DNA of 32,000 nucleotides from Erysipelothrix larvae (GTDB lineage Bacteria > Bacillota_I > Bacilli_A > Erysipelotrichales > Erysipelotrichaceae): positions 1,770,001-1,802,000 of the forward strand of contig NZ_CP013213.1 of NCBI RefSeq assembly GCF_001545095.1, read 5' to 3'. The position numbers were made by a program, and so were the translations under genes. This document shows positions 28,641 through 32,000 of this stretch, in pieces (the first letter of the stretch is position 1; each line of letters opens with the position of its first letter). The notes beneath the pieces are model-generated. The model did no database searches, was not told the origin of the DNA, and saw only the letters and a program-made list of their open reading frames with translations.

Positions 28641-29202
28641 AATTCAAATTCTCCTCATTCATAATTAAACTGTATAAATATTTCATTTCATTAGGTGATA
28701 GTTGTTTTTCACTACTCATTAATTCCAACTCATCTACAAGATCATTTTCGGATATAATTGCAATTTGACCTTGATGATATGGTTCTGAAACTAAACTATT
28801 TATTACAAATACATTGAAAGAATACTCAACGTCAATTTTTCCTACTAATTTTAAGAACTGGTTTCGACAAGCTCTCACGAGTTCGTTATTCATTTGTTTT
28901 ATTTTGCTAATTTTCTTTCCGTTTACTATAATGAAACCAATTCCATTTTTATGGATTAATAAAATGTAATTTCCTATTTCCCTCTGAGATGATTTCCCAA
29001 AAACCAAAAAGTGCTTTCCAAGTTGGTTATTAAGGTGTCTTGTAGATTCAATTTTGTTTTTCCTTATCGAAAAGTAGTATTCTAGGTAGCCATTGAAGAT
29101 TACTCGTAGAACACTTATTCGATATATTTTGTATTGATATACTAAGTCAACCAGAAAATAAGTAAAGGTTATTACTATGAAACCAAGTAGTAAACCATCC
29201 AT
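28627..29202 (-). CDS. Membrane-anchored hypothetical protein with a NERD-like (nuclease-related domain) layout
   Basis: 191 aa with an N-terminal TM helix LLLGFIVITFTYFLVDLV. The core HFLVFGKSSQREIGNYILLIHKNGIGFIIVNGKKI and the C-terminal tail (..ISENDLVDELELMSSEKQLSPNEMKYLYSLI) resemble the NERD pattern as I remember it. SD GAGAGGA lies 8 nt upstream. It overlaps the ALDH start by 14 nt. Confidence 0.4.
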   Translation of the reverse strand: MDGLLLGFIVITFTYFLVDLVYQYKIYRISVLRVIFNGYLEYYFSIRKNKIESTRHLNNQLGKHFLVFGKSSQREIGNYILLIHKNGIGFIIVNGKKISKIKQMNNELVRACRNQFLKLVGKIDVEYSFNVFVINSLVSEPYHQGQIAIISENDLVDELELMSSEKQLSPNEMKYLYSLIMNEENLNYGKI

Positions 29203-29223
29203 TATAAGTTCCTCTCTAAATTT

Positions 29224-29250
29224 AAAGCAGCTTATTCGGCTGCTTTTTTT
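29224..29250. terminator. Hairpin directly after the aldolase stop codon; it looks like a better terminator on the plus strand than on the gene strand
   Basis: 8-bp arms AAAGCAGC (29224-29231) / GCTGCTTT (29239-29246) with a 7-nt loop. On the plus strand the T-run extends to 29251. On the minus strand it is followed only by AAATTTAGAG. Confidence 0.5.
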
Positions 29251-30134
29251 TATTCAACTTCTTTAGTAGTAGTTTGGTCAAATACATAGCGTCCTGATGA
29301 ACCAATCATTTTCATAAAGCTTTGAATATATGTTTTCATAGCTTGTTCACCAACAATCTGGAAATCCATGTAATCAATATTTGGATTTTCAAGAGCAGCA
29401 TCAACCATTGCTTTTCTTCCTATCCTGAACAGATCGGTACAGACATTGATTTTATTGATTCCTAAAGATACTACCTTTTTTATATTGTCTTCCCCTGCTC
29501 CTGATCCTCCATGGAGTACTAGTGGAATCTTTAGTGTTTGTTTTAACACTTTGAGACGTTCGAAATCCAACTTTGGAATAATACCTTTAGGATAATTACC
29601 ATGAGCAGTTCCAATAGCTACGGCTAAACAATCTATATTAGTTCTTTGGACATAATCGAGAGCCTGATCAGGATTTGTATATAGATCAGCTTTCGCATCA
29701 TCTCCATCTTGTGCTATACCCACATGTCCAAGTTCTGCTTCTACTGAAAGTCCCTTTTCATGAGCCATAATCGTAATTAACCTTGTACGCTTAATGTTTT
29801 CTTCAAATTCTAGGGCTGAAGCATCAATCATTACACTTGAGAATCCAGCTTTCATAACACGATTTATATCCTCATATAACTGACCGTGATCAAGGTTTAG
29901 TGCAACTGGGACATGAGTTTGCTCAGCAAGAGCTTTAATCATCGGAACCATTATTTCTGGACTTGCATGAGCTTTCATTTGACGTGGTGAAATATTAACG
30001 ATTACTGGAGCATTTTCTGCTGTTGCTGCCCCAATTATAGCTCTTGCCTGTTCCATATTTGTACAATTAATTGCGACAACAGCATAATAGTTTTCGTGTG
30101 CATGTTGTAACATGCCTTTCATTGAAACATACAT
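29250..30134 (-). CDS. Class II ketose-bisphosphate aldolase (fructose/tagatose-1,6-bisphosphate aldolase family)
   Basis: 294 aa. Motifs are VALNLDHG, AELGHVG, IGTAHG and LVLHGGSG (zinc and phosphate sites of PF01116-type aldolases). Confidence 0.85.
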   Translation of the reverse strand: MYVSMKGMLQHAHENYYAVVAINCTNMEQARAIIGAATAENAPVIVNISPRQMKAHASPEIMVPMIKALAEQTHVPVALNLDHGQLYEDINRVMKAGFSSVMIDASALEFEENIKRTRLITIMAHEKGLSVEAELGHVGIAQDGDDAKADLYTNPDQALDYVQRTNIDCLAVAIGTAHGNYPKGIIPKLDFERLKVLKQTLKIPLVLHGGSGAGEDNIKKVVSLGINKINVCTDLFRIGRKAMVDAALENPNIDYMDFQIVGEQAMKTYIQSFMKMIGSSGRYVFDQTTTKEVE

Positions 30135-30153
30135 AATTTTTCTTTACCTTTCA

Positions 30154-31206
30154 CTAATCCAGTGCTGCTTCTTCGGTCAGAGGTTTCTTAATAATCGCAT
30201 AAATAACACCTGTAATAATTGTACCGATTCCTAAACATGTTAAGAAAACAAGTGGGTTATTCATCATTGGAACAACAAATATTCCACCATGTAAAGCCGG
30301 AGATTCAACCCCCCACATTAATGCTAAACCACCTGCTACCGCAGAACCTGGAATTGTTGAACACCAAACTCGAATTGGGTCATTTAGATAAAATGGGATA
30401 GCTCCTTCGGTGATATAACACATACTTAAAGGAACTGCTACTTTCGCATTTTCTATATCTGCTTGAGTAAATTTCTTTCGAGCTAACAATACAGCAAGTG
30501 CCATTCCTAAAGGAGGTGCCATACCAGCTGCCATTTTTACAGACGTTGGTCCATAAACTCCATCAGCATTCAATCCATTTGCAAATGATGCTGCAGTTTT
30601 CGTAAACGGTCCTCCGAAGTCAATCCCCCAACATGTTCCCATTACTGCTCCAAGAATGAATTTAGATCCTCCTTGTAATGATGCTAGCCAATTAACCATT
30701 GCGTTCATTACAAATGCGATAGGCTCACCAATAATGAATTGGAAGATACATCCAACCGCTAAGGTAACAGTTACAGGAATAACAAGAATCGGCATAATAC
30801 CCGTTGCCCAATTTGGTACCTTTAGTTTTTTGAACGCCAATACCATATAACCAACAAGGAATCCACCAATCAACCCTCCAACGAATCCAGCGTTAATTTC
30901 ATTTGATAGATAACCAATTGCTAAGGCAGGACCAATTGCAGGTCTATCACCAATTGAATATGCAATTGCTGCTGTTAAAATAGGAACTGAGAAGAAGAAC
31001 GCTGATGCACCAATCTGATTAATTAAATAAGCAAATGTACCAGGATTATTCGCAACATCATAGCCACCAATTGCTTTTGCAATGGCCATGATAATTCCAC
31101 CGGCTACAATAACAGGGATCATATACGATGTTCCAGTTAAAAATGATGCTTTTATTTTTTCTCCTTGACTGACTTTTTTGTTATTTTTTCTAGTGATAGT
31201 TGCCAT
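30154..31206 (-). CDS. PTS fructose-family EIIC permease
   Basis: 350 aa, polytopic. The FruA-type EIIC pattern includes FLTGTSYMIPVIVAGGI and ITEGAIPF. The start shares 1 nt with the EIIB stop. Confidence 0.85.
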   Translation of the reverse strand: MATITRKNNKKVSQGEKIKASFLTGTSYMIPVIVAGGIIMAIAKAIGGYDVANNPGTFAYLINQIGASAFFFSVPILTAAIAYSIGDRPAIGPALAIGYLSNEINAGFVGGLIGGFLVGYMVLAFKKLKVPNWATGIMPILVIPVTVTLAVGCIFQFIIGEPIAFVMNAMVNWLASLQGGSKFILGAVMGTCWGIDFGGPFTKTAASFANGLNADGVYGPTSVKMAAGMAPPLGMALAVLLARKKFTQADIENAKVAVPLSMCYITEGAIPFYLNDPIRVWCSTIPGSAVAGGLALMWGVESPALHGGIFVVPMMNNPLVFLTCLGIGTIITGVIYAIIKKPLTEEAALD

Positions 31207-31514
31207 TATGAAATTGCCTCCAATAATTCATCTACAAGACCTAATCCGTCTTTTACAGCTTCTGATACTCTACATTCAAGCACAGGAATATCATCAAATC
31301 TCTCAGGATTTCTAATTTTCACATCACTTGCAATGATAATACCAGCTGCTCTAGAAATGTCCTCTGAAGTAATTACGTTTTCAGGTCCTTGAGCTCCTTG
31401 AGTTTCAATCTTAATCTCCACATTACGTTTTTTTGCTGCTTTTTGTAAATTAGCTGCCGCCATGTAGGTGTGTGCAATACCTACTGGGCAGCTTGTGATT
31501 GCTAAAATAAACAT
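31206..31514 (-). CDS. PTS fructose-family EIIB
   Basis: 102 aa. ILAITSCPVGIAHTYMAA is the phospho-Cys loop of the PTS_IIB_fruc type. Confidence 0.85.
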   Translation of the reverse strand: MFILAITSCPVGIAHTYMAAANLQKAAKKRNVEIKIETQGAQGPENVITSEDISRAAGIIIASDVKIRNPERFDDIPVLECRVSEAVKDGLGLVDELLEAIS

Positions 31515-31525
31515 ATTTTTTCTCC

Positions 31526-31993
31526 TTATCTTTCTTTATCAATACTCTGAAATATACTTATTATTTTTTCTTTCGAAGAAGCATTAACAATACCGGTTCT
31601 AAACTCATCATTCATCAAATTATATGACAAAGTAGAAAGCAGTTTTAGAAAATCACCCGTCTCATTTGCAGGTACCGCTAGCATTATAACAATACTAACA
31701 GGATCCCCATCAAGTGATTCCCATTCAACATTATTTTTTAGTTTTACTATTGTAAAACATGTTTCGTTAACGCCATTACTTCGCGCATGGGGAATTGCGA
31801 TTCCCATTCCAATTCCTGTAGAATACTCACTTTCTCTTTTAAAAACATCATCTTCAAACACTTGTTTGTCATTAAGTAGCCCTTCATTTGATAAAACTTC
31901 AACAATTGAAGATATTACATCTTTTTTTGTATCCCCCCCAAAATCAAATTGAATCAAATTTGGTGTTTTAATTAATATTTCTGCTAAGCTCAT
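31526..31993 (-). CDS. PTS EIIA, fructose/mannitol (PTS_EIIA_2) type
   Basis: 155 aa. The phospho-His region is GMGIAIPHARS. It is the first visible gene of the block, and its promoter lies outside the window. Confidence 0.8.
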   Translation of the reverse strand: MSLAEILIKTPNLIQFDFGGDTKKDVISSIVEVLSNEGLLNDKQVFEDDVFKRESEYSTGIGMGIAIPHARSNGVNETCFTIVKLKNNVEWESLDGDPVSIVIMLAVPANETGDFLKLLSTLSYNLMNDEFRTGIVNASSKEKIISIFQSIDKER

Positions 31994-32000
31994 TTTTACC

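Noticed and set aside
22915-29202. Impression that the transketolase operon is more AT-rich than its surroundings, which would suggest a horizontally acquired island
   Set aside because: Hand counts of individual 60-nt lines gave 25-43 percent GC inside the operon. The same counts gave 33-48 percent elsewhere, with large local scatter. I cannot support a compositional boundary without a proper sliding-window GC and codon-usage calculation.

Overview
The window looks like a carbohydrate-uptake and catabolism region of a low-GC Gram-positive (Bacillota-like) chromosome. Supporting signs are AGGAGG-type Shine-Dalgarno sites, a lipobox lipoprotein binding protein and many PTS genes. About 27 credible CDS are present, 24 of them on the minus strand, and they fall into nine blocks. 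(1) 1-4019: an ascorbate-family PTS operon with a PRD/EIIA regulator, EIIB, EIIC and a SIS-domain protein. (2) 4020-5425: 1.4 kb with almost no coding signal. (3) 5426-9063: an RpiR regulator, a Lac/Cel-family EIIC and a GH1 6-phospho-beta-glucosidase. (4) 9673-14585: a heterodimeric ABC exporter transcribed from a MerR-type promoter with a 19-bp spacer, divergent from a MerR/GyrI-like regulator that is translationally coupled to a short FUSC/ArAE-like membrane protein. (5) 14586-15747: decayed DNA with a Fic-like remnant. (6) 15748-22649: a LacI-controlled divergon with a Gfo/Idh/MocA oxidoreductase, a sugar ABC transporter and a xylose-isomerase-like TIM-barrel enzyme. (7) 22915-29202: a tightly coupled six-gene operon encoding a NERD-like membrane protein, an aldehyde dehydrogenase, a split transketolase, an Fe-alcohol dehydrogenase and an orphan GatC-type permease. 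(8) 29203-29250: a hairpin-only junction. (9) 29250-31993: a class II ketose-bisphosphate aldolase plus fructose-type PTS EIIC, EIIB and EIIA. I recognised no rRNA, tRNA, CRISPR array, transposase or integrase. The best candidate for an undescribed system is the transketolase/ALDH/ADH/GatC operon headed by the NERD-like gene. The second candidate is the oxidoreductase/TIM-barrel/ABC divergon, which resembles 3-keto-glycoside pathways. All functional calls come from reading the translated ORFs for family motifs; no database search was possible.
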